Shown: one piece after another, positions 47,495-58,044 of the stretch
Numbering within the stretch: the first letter of the stretch is position 1
Layout of the letters: each line of letters starts with the position of its first letter
Source: Candidatus Dojkabacteria bacterium
Lineage (GTDB): Bacteria; Patescibacteriota; Dojkabacteria; SC72; JAFGCJ01
Assembly (NCBI GenBank): GCA_016932785.1
Contig: JAFGCJ010000002.1
Span: 337,777 to 401,776, forward strand
DNA length: 64,000 bases
Direction: 5' to 3'
The notes under the pieces: generated by a model
Told to the model about the DNA's origin: nothing
The model's input: the letters and a program-made list of their open reading frames with translations, nothing else
Databases searched by the model: none
Made by a program: the position numbers and the translations under genes

Positions 47495-49001
47495 CCCTAA
47501 AATTTCCTCTATCGTCAGTAAACTCTTCCTCAAAAACAGGAGTGACTTCCTGGAGCGATGAAACATTTTTCAATATGCGCTCGTTTGTATCCGAATAATC
47601 ATTTCCAGTATAGTCGACAAGAAGGTATATTAATTTATTTTCAATTATATATTTGTCGTTTAGCAGATCTATCCTACTTCTATTCCATCCAATATTTGTA
47701 TTTTGATCAGCAACACCCGAATTTCCATCAAAACAATACAGTGTTATTGAAGGCCAACTTACATACATCATATTATCGACATACCCCTCTCCTTCATCAC
47801 GAAAATACTCACACAGTTCTTTATGCGGTTGCCACCGATACCTAAAGTCGGAAACGTTCAAATCAACATACGTGACCAAAATCCATACGACTACGAGCAT
47901 CTGGAAAAGAGTAGTCATCCTACTGGATTTAAAATATGAAGCGACCCAATCTATAAAGACGGCCACAAAAACAAGCATGGGAAATATAACATAGTACGGA
48001 TATCTGCTGCCATGTGAAAAGGATGTATATTGTATGGAGAACAGAAAGAAAGTTACCGAAACCCACGATGCAAGATAAAGCACTTGGCTATTTCTAAAAA
48101 TCTTTTTACTGAATAGAACATATATAAACCCCAAAACACCAACAAGTAAAACGTACCGGTTCATATAAAACGTAATTCCATGAATAAAGCTCATCAACCC
48201 TATCTTTGAAAAGCTATTCAAAAGATTGTACTGAACCGCAGTTGTAACAAGACTAACATCGGAGGTGGACATATCGGGTTTGACAATATACTTCCGGACA
48301 AAATAGAAAGAAACACCAAAAATCAAAACCACGCCAGCTAGAACAAAGATTTCTTTGCTAAAAAGTTTCTTTTTCATAGAAATTACCTCTACAAGATAGC
48401 CGACACCAAAAGATACAAAAAGAAGTAACGCCGTAAGATGAGACATAAAAGAAAGACCAAACAAAAGACCTGCAAGTACAATAAAAATCATCCTGCCATT
48501 TTCGCGACCCTTTGTCCATAAAAGGAGCCCTATTACAAAGAATCCTACAACAAAGGGTGCTTTTTCTGCATCTGAAGAAAAAATCAAGAAATATTTGCTG
48601 AAAAGCACTAAACTCAATAGTACCAACCTGCTGAACTTTGACTTAAAGATTTTTTTTCCCAGGTAATCTAGAGCAAAGACTGAAGCTACAAATATTATAG
48701 ACGTAAGCAAATAGGTAGCCACAAAAATATCAGTAATCAGATACTTGTGGACAAAACCTATGAGAACAGGCATTAGAAATGGCCTCGTGCCAAGAACACT
48801 GAATCCCTCTTCCATGAAGGTAATTGATTTGACAATCATAGCGTAACTGTCTGCCGTGGCAAATCCAACTTCTCGAAGCTGAATATATTCATTAATCTTT
48901 AGGAGCAGATATATCAAACCTATTATTACAAGTGTACAACGAAACCAAAGATCCTCACGTTTTAGCAACTTTTCCAATGTTTTATTAAACTTGCTCTTCA
49001 C
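47469..49001 (-). CDS. GT-C-fold (ArnT/PMT-like) membrane glycosyltransferase
   Basis: Polytopic; ADS and RPFLMP in the first loop; SRYPYY motif. Confidence 0.65.
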   Translation of the reverse strand: MKSKFNKTLEKLLKREDLWFRCTLVIIGLIYLLLKINEYIQLREVGFATADSYAMIVKSITFMEEGFSVLGTRPFLMPVLIGFVHKYLITDIFVATYLLTSIIFVASVFALDYLGKKIFKSKFSRLVLLSLVLFSKYFLIFSSDAEKAPFVVGFFVIGLLLWTKGRENGRMIFIVLAGLLFGLSFMSHLTALLLFVSFGVGYLVEVISMKKKLFSKEIFVLAGVVLIFGVSFYFVRKYIVKPDMSTSDVSLVTTAVQYNLLNSFSKIGLMSFIHGITFYMNRYVLLVGVLGFIYVLFSKKIFRNSQVLYLASWVSVTFFLFSIQYTSFSHGSRYPYYVIFPMLVFVAVFIDWVASYFKSSRMTTLFQMLVVVWILVTYVDLNVSDFRYRWQPHKELCEYFRDEGEGYVDNMMYVSWPSITLYCFDGNSGVADQNTNIGWNRSRIDLLNDKYIIENKLIYLLVDYTGNDYSDTNERILKNVSSLQEVTPVFEEEFTDDRGNFRVILYSLNY

Positions 49002-50122
49002 TTCGATTTTGTTTCTTCAAAATTAATGCCGCCCGCAATATATTCCCACTCAAATGGCTTAATTAGCTTCTCCATTCTAAGAATATCTTCCCTGCCAACA
49101 AGATCAGTCTTTCCTATTATTTTTTCCAGAGCATCAGAGAAATCCTTTCCCAGTTGCGCTATTTTAAGATTCGGAAAATCAACATCGATACCTTCAGCAC
49201 CAATTGGTGTCGAAATTACATATTTACCATTTCTCAATGCCTCAAAGATCTTAATTCTTGTCCCTCCCCCTGAGCTTAGTGGTACAAGACAAACATCTGC
49301 AGCACTAATATAATCCTCCAATATCTCAACAAATCCTACCACATCAACAAAATCATATGACTCAAGCTTATCTTTGAGATCTTCGGGAATCTCCCCGCTT
49401 CCTACGATCAACAGGCGTACGCTCTTGCTATGTAGTTGAAGAACAGGAACTACATATTTCAAAATATGCTCGAGAGCTTCTATATTTGGAGCGTATTTGA
49501 AATGGCCGTTGAAGTAGAATACCTGCTCGTCTTTAATTCCAAGTTCGCTTCGAACCTTCTCTCTTGCCTTCGGATTAAGTTGATACTTTTTTGAATCGAC
49601 ACCATTCCTTATAACTTGAATCTTGCTTGATACAACCCCCAGCTGATTAATCAGGAAATTCCGATCTACTTCAGACGTGCAAGTAATCCCCATAGCAAAA
49701 CGACAAAGGAAGTATTCGTAAATCTTTGCTATTCTCCAGATAGGATTTCCAACTCTCTTGAATCTTATGAATTCAACGTTCTGTTCATCCACAAAGTAAG
49801 GTACTCCAAATATTCTTAGCCAAAATGCATAAAGCCCCAGCCAAAATGAATTCACATAAACCAAATCTATTTTCTCCTTCCAGACAAGAAGTAGAAGTCT
49901 GATCATCAGCACAGGATTCATCATAGATATGATCCTGTTTGACGAATTAATAATAGGAATAGAATCAAAAGTTGGAGTAAGATCACCCTCATTCCTAACA
50001 ACAATAAAAACTTTGTAACGCTTAGCTAAAACCGAGTTCAGGTAAAAAATCCTGGTGGTTGCTCCCGAATAGGTATGATATGGATTGTAAGGACTAAGAG
50101 ACAGTATCTTTTTTATTTTCAT
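48998..50122 (-). CDS. Glycosyltransferase family 4
   Basis: PLSSGGGTRIKIFEAL...STPIGAEGI. Confidence 0.92.
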   Translation of the reverse strand: MKIKKILSLSPYNPYHTYSGATTRIFYLNSVLAKRYKVFIVVRNEGDLTPTFDSIPIINSSNRIISMMNPVLMIRLLLLVWKEKIDLVYVNSFWLGLYAFWLRIFGVPYFVDEQNVEFIRFKRVGNPIWRIAKIYEYFLCRFAMGITCTSEVDRNFLINQLGVVSSKIQVIRNGVDSKKYQLNPKAREKVRSELGIKDEQVFYFNGHFKYAPNIEALEHILKYVVPVLQLHSKSVRLLIVGSGEIPEDLKDKLESYDFVDVVGFVEILEDYISAADVCLVPLSSGGGTRIKIFEALRNGKYVISTPIGAEGIDVDFPNLKIAQLGKDFSDALEKIIGKTDLVGREDILRMEKLIKPFEWEYIAGGINFEETKSK

Positions 50123-50993
50123 AGTATCTATATGATCTCTTAAAAACACCTAAAAACCCAAGGAACTGGAGGAAAAACTGGTAGGTAGTTAAAAACAGCA
50201 CCATAGGAAAGTATTTCGTAAACAGAGACATCCTAAGTATCTGGAGCGCAGACCTCAAGCCATTCTTTATCTTCCCCCCACCCATTTTCCCACTTTTTTT
50301 CAAATCCTGATGCCCAGCTCCCCTTTCTATATGCCATTTTGTAAAATCAGCCAAACTCCCTCGTGCTTCATGATACACCGTCGCTTCAGGTACATAGAGA
50401 AATTTTATGTGTTTTTCCTTAAGCCTATCGCTAAGCTCTACATCCTCATTACCGGATTTTTGCTTATGACTAAAGCCCCCACATTCTAATAGTATTTGTC
50501 TTTCTATAGCAAAATTCCCTGTACACAGATGACCGGTATAATTATCTTCATCAACCTTCCACATCACCTTAAATCCAGGATAACCGCCACCCGGAAAACC
50601 CAGCCAGCTTATCGAGTCGGTAATATAACCCTGACCTAAAGGTATATGGATTCCTGATGTTGTTACCTTTTCCTTCCCTTCAATAATCGACCGGGAGATA
50701 GAAGCAAGCCATTTATTATTCATCGGATTCTGATCGTCATCAATCCAAACGATTACTTCACCGTGGGATTTATCTACACCTAACTGGCGGTAATAGCCAA
50801 AACCCTTGTTCATATCTTCCTCAAAGATCTTCACTCGATCGTCATGTGGTAGATTATCCCTTTCTAGTTTCCCCTTAGGCTGAGGAATTAGTACGACCTC
50901 AAAATCAAAATTCACATCCTGTTCCAATATCTGCTTTACAAGTGTATAAAGATTCTCACGAACAATCGTTATTATTACTACAGATACTTTCAC
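50094..50993 (-). CDS. Glycosyltransferase family 2
   Basis: VSVVI, WIDDD, GNEDVEL. Confidence 0.9.
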   Translation of the reverse strand: MKVSVVIITIVRENLYTLVKQILEQDVNFDFEVVLIPQPKGKLERDNLPHDDRVKIFEEDMNKGFGYYRQLGVDKSHGEVIVWIDDDQNPMNNKWLASISRSIIEGKEKVTTSGIHIPLGQGYITDSISWLGFPGGGYPGFKVMWKVDEDNYTGHLCTGNFAIERQILLECGGFSHKQKSGNEDVELSDRLKEKHIKFLYVPEATVYHEARGSLADFTKWHIERGAGHQDLKKSGKMGGGKIKNGLRSALQILRMSLFTKYFPMVLFLTTYQFFLQFLGFLGVFKRSYRYYENKKDTVS

Positions 50994-51009
50994 CAGGATA
51001 TAGATAATT

Positions 51010-51954
51010 TTATTTTTCTATCCTTTTAAGCCTTTCCAGCATGTCCTCAATAAGTCTTCGATTCACGGCAAGAAGTTCCGCAAGTATACCCAGTACAAAA
51101 ATCTGAACACCAATGACCAAGGATACAGCTCCAACAATAACCGACTGAACATGTCCTGTTCCATTTCCGGCCAGATAATAATAAAGAAAACGTCCCAGTA
51201 GGGCTAAACCTGCGATGAAAAACCCAGAAGAGAAGACACAAAAGGTCTTGAAGGGTTCATATACTGCATACATCCGAAGAATCGTACTTCCTGATTTTTT
51301 AACTTTTGTCCATATATTTTTAATGAGTCTGGACTCCCGTGTCTTAGGATTTGTTTTTATTTTCACCCAGGCAATATCAATTCCCTTCTTATTGGCCTGC
51401 ATTAATGTGTCAACTGTATAGGTGTAATTAGTAATTATGTTTATCTTTTGAAGAGCCTCCTTTGAATACGCCCGAAAACCACTCACAGCATCAGGAACCT
51501 TTTGACCCGAGAGAAATTGTGTTACAAAGCTTCCAAATTTCTGAAGAACTTTCTTAAATGGGCTGAATTCGTCAATCTTCGCAGTTTGCCGATCACCTAT
51601 AACTATTTCCGCCCTATTTTCTACAATAGGTCTGACCAAATCTGGAATAGCCTCCGATGGATACTGATTATCACCATCGGTATTAACTAATATGTCGGCC
51701 CCGTGTCTTAGCGCGTTATCTACTCCAAGTTTGAATGCTCTTCCAAGCCATCTTCTATTCTTTCCACGAAACGAGACAACATGCTGAACCCCAAGCTCCC
51801 TGGCAACCTTGACAGTATTGTCTGTACTACCGTCATCGATAATCTGATATTCAATCGTATCTATACCCTCAATTTTCTTAGGCATATTCTTAAATACAAG
51901 TGGGAGTGTTTCCTCTTCGTTAATACACGGAACCTGGATTATCAACTTCATCAT
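51010..51954 (-). CDS. GT2 polyprenol-phosphate glycosyltransferase (DPM-like) with C-terminal TMs
   Basis: PCINEEE, IDDGSTD, NTDGDNQY, DAVSGFRA; two C-terminal TM helices. Confidence 0.9.
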   Translation of the reverse strand: MMKLIIQVPCINEEETLPLVFKNMPKKIEGIDTIEYQIIDDGSTDNTVKVARELGVQHVVSFRGKNRRWLGRAFKLGVDNALRHGADILVNTDGDNQYPSEAIPDLVRPIVENRAEIVIGDRQTAKIDEFSPFKKVLQKFGSFVTQFLSGQKVPDAVSGFRAYSKEALQKINIITNYTYTVDTLMQANKKGIDIAWVKIKTNPKTRESRLIKNIWTKVKKSGSTILRMYAVYEPFKTFCVFSSGFFIAGLALLGRFLYYYLAGNGTGHVQSVIVGAVSLVIGVQIFVLGILAELLAVNRRLIEDMLERLKRIEK

Positions 51955-52011
51955 TTTTTAGTTTTAAATTTATAATTCATCAACAATCTATGTAATACCG
52001 AATTCTGAATT

Positions 52012-55000
52012 CTACTCACTTTCCAAGTCAATAACAACCTCATCAACAAGATAACTGGAATAGAAATCATCCAAATCGGGTGGCCCCAAAAACCTGAAGT
52101 CTATATCCTCTCCCAGTTTATAACTGTCAGTGTACTCAATCTCCGAATAGTACCAACCATCAATTTCCCTCACATTAAGATTACTCCTCGAAACAGCAAT
52201 TTCATCACTTTTATCTATATCAGTGAAATAATATCGGAAGGGATAGAAATATGACTCGGGCGAAAAAGAATATATTGTGTAATTGGAGGAAATCATATTT
52301 GAAAGACATGTCAATGATATCGAATCCAGACTCTCATCACCCAATTCAAAAATCCTGGAATCTTTGTACACAATAGGCAAGAGATCCCTCTGACTTGGTG
52401 TTCCGCCAGATCCAGATGCATTGCAGTCATTCTCTGAGAAAAAATCCTCACCAACAACTCGACTTCGCTCAATAACTGTCTCCATCGGAATAAAGTACAA
52501 GTTTGTATCTTCCTCAAATGTTATGCTACCACCAAAAATGGATGAATCCAAAGTGCTAAAAACCAGCTTGTCTGAATTTATCCTGATCCTTCGAAACACA
52601 ATATCGGAACTCATTCGTCCAGCAACATTCCAGTATCCTGGCGCCCTAAGACTTATCTTATATAGACCCTCATCAAGATCATGCTTAAGTAGATTTATAC
52701 TCAAATTTGTATCAGAGTGAAACAGGACATTGGCATAATCTTCAACATATGTTGAAGCAACAATATTTCCTGAAGAATCCGAAATATCGATAACAAATTC
52801 ATCTAGCCCTATCTTATTATTCAAATCATCATAGACTATTTCTAAATCAAGTACATCGCCCAAAACAGTATAAAAAATGATATCTCCAGAGATATCTATT
52901 TCCTGATCTATTTCACCTCCGTTATATTCGAAACTATTATAGTAATCAGCTAGAACAAGTTTTTGCTCACTTTCGAGATAGGAGTCAGTATACGAATACT
53001 TGTCGACCCCAACAAAACTTCCCTCATCAAGATTCGAACTAAGTACTGCCTCAAGGTTCCCATCTCTTTGTAATTTTGATCTCGAGTAGACAAAGTGATC
53101 TCCATACTGCTGTTTTTCTGTAAAATTTACCAGATCCTTATCAAAGAGTAGTCTTGGAGAATCAAAAATCTTCCTGCCATACGAGCTTTCTGGTTGAAAA
53201 TACACAGGTCCCGATGATTTCAACTTTTGACCCACAACAGTCTTAACATTCTTTTCCTCAAAGAATGGTGAATATTTCAGAATGTAAGAATTGCTTTCAG
53301 AATTACTTGCCAAATCAGACTTTCCAAAACTTTCCGTTACTGATATTCCGAGAGGAGATATATACTTGTAGATCGTATTGGAGAACAAAGCAAAGGGAGA
53401 TACAGCAACCAAAACAAGAAATATCTTCACCACCCACTCCTCAGTTTCAGAAAGTTTCAAGCCCTCTCTAAAATGAAATGCAGGCAGAAGTAATCCGCAT
53501 ATAATAGATATTGCCAAGAACATCCTCCTAAGAACTATAGGTGAATCGACAAGAAGAATATAAGCCGTTAGCATAAAAGAAAGAATTGAAAGGTACAAAA
53601 TCACCCTTCCTAACAACTTTCGAAGTCTTATTGGAATCCTTCCGACCGTTTTTTCCCACAAGAAATCCCTGGTCTTCACAATAAAATCAAGATTCAACCA
53701 GACAAGAATAACAAGATCAAATAACAGAAAGACAATCCCAAGAACTATTGGAATAAAAGTTATCCTCTCAATTTCAGCATAATCATTAATGAAAATTCTA
53801 AAATGTTCAATACTCTGCCAGAGATTTGGGTGCATGATACTTGTCTCATACCTATTCAAAATAAAAGCTCCCAGTGCTGCCAATATTAAGCCAACAGCCA
53901 AAACAAGGATGTTTATTAAAAGTACAATCTTTCCAATCCGAGCCTTGTTATCACCAATCCTTTTAAAGGACAATCTTAAGTACTCTTTCTCTTTTACAAA
54001 TTTCATCAAAATGCCACCAACAACCAGGTAGCTAACCAGCAATGCCAATACAATAAGAACATACTCAGACAAGGTAACAACTTTTTCAAAATCACTCTTA
54101 ACAACTTCGTCACTGACAGCTTCCGGAGCCACTGTTTCGAGAATGGCAGACACATCACCCCACCCCATCGAAAGAACCGCAGGGTTAAGAACAATTATGT
54201 TGCCATCACCAGGACCACCCTCAAATAAAAGGACCATATTTATGCCTCTGTAACTTACAAGAACATCCGTTGCAAGATCACTGGATATGTTCTCCAGCTC
54301 TTCACCAGAAGGAAAATAATCACTAAAAATATCATCTATCTCAGCCTCCCCACTTACATCATCCGACACTATTTCCTTTTCCCTTCTAATATCCAAATAC
54401 TCCTCTGCATCTCTATTATCATAGATGACGACATCCTTACCAGACTTAATATACGATTCGATCTGAGTTCTTTTCCCTTCAAAGTCAAAATAAGGACCAA
54501 TAACTCCAACATTTGTAATAAATGGAACCTTGAGCTCATACAACATCATAGAATAAGCACTACTTCTCTTAGACAAAATCTGAAGCTCATATTCTCCAAT
54601 CTCAGGCAAGTCTATTACCATCATTGTCCCTGCTCCAATAACAAATTCTTTTCCCGAGGGAGCTCTGATAAGGAGAGACACATCCGAAAGTTCTGTTCCC
54701 AAACCCTTCACCTCCGAAACTTCGCCGACATCAAGTTCTAACGCCACATCTGAAGGACTAAATAACTCAAACTTATGGACAGTACCATATGAAAATCTCT
54801 CGTCCTTCCCATCAATAAGAATTCCAAGCATTTCATCCTCATCAACTTTCTCTGCTTTACTGACATCAATTAGACTACTTACAATGAAATCGGAAACGGA
54901 ATCATCAATCAGCACAGGCTTTTCTGAAGCAAAGGCTATGCTTGGCAAGAGCAAAGATACCAATACAAAAAGACCAATTATCACAAACCTCTTTCGAAGC

Positions 55001-55014
55001 ATATTTTTTGCCAT
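52012..55014 (-). CDS. Large membrane protein of unknown function
   Basis: Signal peptide, ~290-aa soluble region, central TM block, ~450-aa C-terminal soluble region. Confidence 0.7.
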   Translation of the reverse strand: MAKNMLRKRFVIIGLFVLVSLLLPSIAFASEKPVLIDDSVSDFIVSSLIDVSKAEKVDEDEMLGILIDGKDERFSYGTVHKFELFSPSDVALELDVGEVSEVKGLGTELSDVSLLIRAPSGKEFVIGAGTMMVIDLPEIGEYELQILSKRSSAYSMMLYELKVPFITNVGVIGPYFDFEGKRTQIESYIKSGKDVVIYDNRDAEEYLDIRREKEIVSDDVSGEAEIDDIFSDYFPSGEELENISSDLATDVLVSYRGINMVLLFEGGPGDGNIIVLNPAVLSMGWGDVSAILETVAPEAVSDEVVKSDFEKVVTLSEYVLIVLALLVSYLVVGGILMKFVKEKEYLRLSFKRIGDNKARIGKIVLLINILVLAVGLILAALGAFILNRYETSIMHPNLWQSIEHFRIFINDYAEIERITFIPIVLGIVFLLFDLVILVWLNLDFIVKTRDFLWEKTVGRIPIRLRKLLGRVILYLSILSFMLTAYILLVDSPIVLRRMFLAISIICGLLLPAFHFREGLKLSETEEWVVKIFLVLVAVSPFALFSNTIYKYISPLGISVTESFGKSDLASNSESNSYILKYSPFFEEKNVKTVVGQKLKSSGPVYFQPESSYGRKIFDSPRLLFDKDLVNFTEKQQYGDHFVYSRSKLQRDGNLEAVLSSNLDEGSFVGVDKYSYTDSYLESEQKLVLADYYNSFEYNGGEIDQEIDISGDIIFYTVLGDVLDLEIVYDDLNNKIGLDEFVIDISDSSGNIVASTYVEDYANVLFHSDTNLSINLLKHDLDEGLYKISLRAPGYWNVAGRMSSDIVFRRIRINSDKLVFSTLDSSIFGGSITFEEDTNLYFIPMETVIERSRVVGEDFFSENDCNASGSGGTPSQRDLLPIVYKDSRIFELGDESLDSISLTCLSNMISSNYTIYSFSPESYFYPFRYYFTDIDKSDEIAVSRSNLNVREIDGWYYSEIEYTDSYKLGEDIDFRFLGPPDLDDFYSSYLVDEVVIDLESE

Positions 55015-55071
55015 AAGAAAATATAAATAAAGGTCAAAATATATTATCAGAAAAAGGTTTTCACTTCAATC

Positions 55072-55962
55072 TTACTTTTTCCCGTACATTTTGGACTTAA
55101 CGTCTTTTGTAATAAAAGACAGATAATCTTTTCCAGTAACTTTGCACCAGACCCACTCAAGGGAGAACCTTATAAATTCAGCAACAGCCGGTAACAGTCC
55201 AATTCTATTTTTTATACTCTTAACTCTGTTAATATTGTTATACAAATTCCTCTTAAAAGAACCCCAACTCCCTGAGGTAGCCATGTGATCGTGCCAAACA
55301 ACTGCACTTCCATCATAGATAATCTTCCATCCTGCCTCCTTAAGCCTAAGACAGAAATCCACATCCTCATAATAAAAGAATATGTCTTTGCTAAATCCCC
55401 CAATATCCTTAAAAGCTTCTGCCCTAATAAGTAAAGCCCCGCCACACAAGCAATCTACCTCCTCAATTCTATCCAGTCTTTCGGTATCTTTTTCATGATC
55501 AAACCTATCAAATCCCCGATAATAACGGTCAATAACCATTCCTGCTGAATTTATAAGACCTCTATCAGCAAGGCTTGAATGCAGAATCTTTGGCCCCACA
55601 ATAGCAATTCTTTTATCTTTTTCGGCAGTAGACACCAGCTCTGAAATCCAACGACTGTCAACATCCATGTCATTATTTAAACAGGCATAATATTGATAGC
55701 CAGGACATTGACTGACAGCAAGATTTATTGCTCGGCCATATCCCATGTTACTATTACTACATAGAACCTTCACATTCGGATAATTTTCCTTCAAAAAGGA
55801 AACAGACTCATCTACCGAATTGTTGTCAACGACAACACGATCGAGCATGTCATAATCTGTTCTTACAACTGATGGTAAATGCTTCTTCAGAAGCTTCAGG
55901 CCATTATAGTTAACCAAAATCAGAAGAACTCTAGGATTTTTACTTGATGAGTTCATAGTCAT
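55072..55962 (-). CDS. Glycosyltransferase family 2
   Basis: VVDNNSVD, LNND, YYEDVDFC. Confidence 0.92.
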   Translation of the reverse strand: MTMNSSSKNPRVLLILVNYNGLKLLKKHLPSVVRTDYDMLDRVVVDNNSVDESVSFLKENYPNVKVLCSNSNMGYGRAINLAVSQCPGYQYYACLNNDMDVDSRWISELVSTAEKDKRIAIVGPKILHSSLADRGLINSAGMVIDRYYRGFDRFDHEKDTERLDRIEEVDCLCGGALLIRAEAFKDIGGFSKDIFFYYEDVDFCLRLKEAGWKIIYDGSAVVWHDHMATSGSWGSFKRNLYNNINRVKSIKNRIGLLPAVAEFIRFSLEWVWCKVTGKDYLSFITKDVKSKMYGKK

Positions 55963-57152
55963 TCGCGTATCACTTTAGCAGACCTTCTTCCCCTGTCAAA
56001 TTTTGCAAGCTCAGTCTCAAGGTACTTTCTGAAGTTCGTAATAAACCTCTTCTTTCCAAAATTAACAGCATGCTTTCTCATCTTCGTCCGATCCCAGCCC
56101 TTTGTCCGATCTACATGAGCAAACTTCTCAATAGTATCCACCAGATCATGGACCGTATGTCTGTAGAAGAATATTCCATTTGCCTTAGATCTGTATTTTT
56201 TACCAACAGGAGGATTTACCGGTATTACTGTTTCAAGAACTCCCCCAGCTGCATAGGCAATAACTGGAGTCCCCGAAGAAATAGCCTCAAGCGGAATAAT
56301 TCCAAAATCTTCGACTCCTGGAGAAACCAACGCTTTTGCTTTTGCATAGAGATCCCTAAGTTCTTCGTCCGACTTCCATCCAAGAAATTCTATATTTTCT
56401 TTTGCCCGCCTCATAAAGAGCCTTCTATACCTACCATATGAACCTACAATCTTTAGCGGTAGTCCTAAGCGATTAAATGCTGAAATTGCAAGATCTACCC
56501 TCTTACTTGGTTCAAAAGTTGTAACCATTAAATAGTAGTCTTCTTTTTGGGCATAAAGCTTATAAAAATCAGTATCAACTGGCGGATAAATTACAACTGA
56601 ATCCCTTCTATAGATTTTCTCAATTCTGTCAGCGACATGTTTTGAATCAGCAATAAATTTATCTACCCTGTTAGACGAGATAACATCCCACATGCGTAGA
56701 TAATTAAGCTGAGGAGCAATAGCCATCCTCTGCCAGAGAGGAAGTGTACTACTTTCACCAAAATACTCATCATACATCTCCCATGCATATCTCATTGGAG
56801 TATATGAATACGAAACATGTAGCACACTGTGCGGAACAATTACTCCCTTTGCAACACAAGAACTGCCACTTAAAACAAGATCGTAGTCCCTAAAATCAAA
56901 CTGTTCGATTGCTGTAGGGGCAAGGGAAAAAAAGTATCTGTAGAATTTTGACTTAAAAGGTATCTTCTGAAGAAACGTCGTGAAGATCTTATGACTTTCA
57001 ATCTTACTGGATACACTTCCCTTAACATGAATGAGAGTGTATATATCAGCCTCAGGAAAAATATCACAAAAACACTCCAGACATTTCTCTGCTCCCCCCA
57101 TTCTGGTAAGCCAATCGTGAACAAGAGCAACTTTTAATTTTTTTATTTCCAC
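55959..57152 (-). CDS. Glycosyltransferase family 4
   Basis: VALVHDWLTRMGGAEK; EDFGIIPLEA. Confidence 0.95.
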   Translation of the reverse strand: MEIKKLKVALVHDWLTRMGGAEKCLECFCDIFPEADIYTLIHVKGSVSSKIESHKIFTTFLQKIPFKSKFYRYFFSLAPTAIEQFDFRDYDLVLSGSSCVAKGVIVPHSVLHVSYSYTPMRYAWEMYDEYFGESSTLPLWQRMAIAPQLNYLRMWDVISSNRVDKFIADSKHVADRIEKIYRRDSVVIYPPVDTDFYKLYAQKEDYYLMVTTFEPSKRVDLAISAFNRLGLPLKIVGSYGRYRRLFMRRAKENIEFLGWKSDEELRDLYAKAKALVSPGVEDFGIIPLEAISSGTPVIAYAAGGVLETVIPVNPPVGKKYRSKANGIFFYRHTVHDLVDTIEKFAHVDRTKGWDRTKMRKHAVNFGKKRFITNFRKYLETELAKFDRGRRSAKVIRE

Positions 57153-57238
57153 ACCGTCTTACTACGAAGTTATTTGTAGCTTTAAGGTATTTTACAACAA
57201 CTTTTTGATAATTTCATCCCGGAGTATTTTATAATAGG

Positions 57239-57943
57239 CTAAACCGTTACTACCCGACTCGAAGATTTTATCTTGCTCTCTTTAATCTTTCCCACAATAA
57301 AGTCGACAATAAGGATAGATACGCCCAAGAAACACAATCCTAGTCCCAAAAAGAAAAACTTGTTTTCAAAAAGACCAACACCCGGTAACTTTTCTGAATC
57401 GTCGGTAGTGGATGATGGTATGCTAGAAACTACACTATAGGTACCACCTTGTGGACGAGACTCTAATATGTTTTCAGGAGGACTACCCGTATCTTTTACA
57501 TAGGACTTCCACTCACCATCGGTCCCATCAAATTCGAAGTTTAAATTGACAGCTCCTTCGACAGACGGCCTAAATGTAAATCTGGCAAAAATTCCTGAGC
57601 TACTTTCTGAATTGTAATAGGGATCAAGACAGAAACCAGTAATCTTGATCCACCCATTTTCATTGTCAACGGCATATTCATCCTCAGGATACTGACAGTA
57701 TAGATCACCATGCTCGGCTTTAGTAACCTGGAGTTTGTTCGGATCAAATCGTATTACAGCTCGTGCAGTAGTAGTATTATTACCATCGGTATTAAGCATT
57801 ATATCAACAGCAAAATCCTTAGTTAACACAGCATAACCCGAGGAAGGATAAAGCCGCACATCTACAGCAGCAAAGGCGGGAGTCACCGCAACCCCCAGCA
57901 ACATAAATAAACTAACACAGAAGACCAACAATGTTTTTCTCAT
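57239..57943 (-). CDS. Cohesin-like domain surface protein with C-terminal LPxxG-TM-basic tail
   Basis: Signal peptide; FAVDIMLNT...IRFDPNKLQV...FARFTF; KLPGVG followed by a TM helix and K/R tail. Confidence 0.7.
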   Translation of the reverse strand: MRKTLLVFCVSLFMLLGVAVTPAFAAVDVRLYPSSGYAVLTKDFAVDIMLNTDGNNTTTARAVIRFDPNKLQVTKAEHGDLYCQYPEDEYAVDNENGWIKITGFCLDPYYNSESSSGIFARFTFRPSVEGAVNLNFEFDGTDGEWKSYVKDTGSPPENILESRPQGGTYSVVSSIPSSTTDDSEKLPGVGLFENKFFFLGLGLCFLGVSILIVDFIVGKIKESKIKSSSRVVTV

Positions 57944-58044
57944 AATACCAATTCTATTCCGATGGAAGATAACGAGTCAAGCTACCTCCAAAAACAACCT
58001 ATTAAACAATATCTCTCCCTATAATTATAAGCACAAGGAATCTT

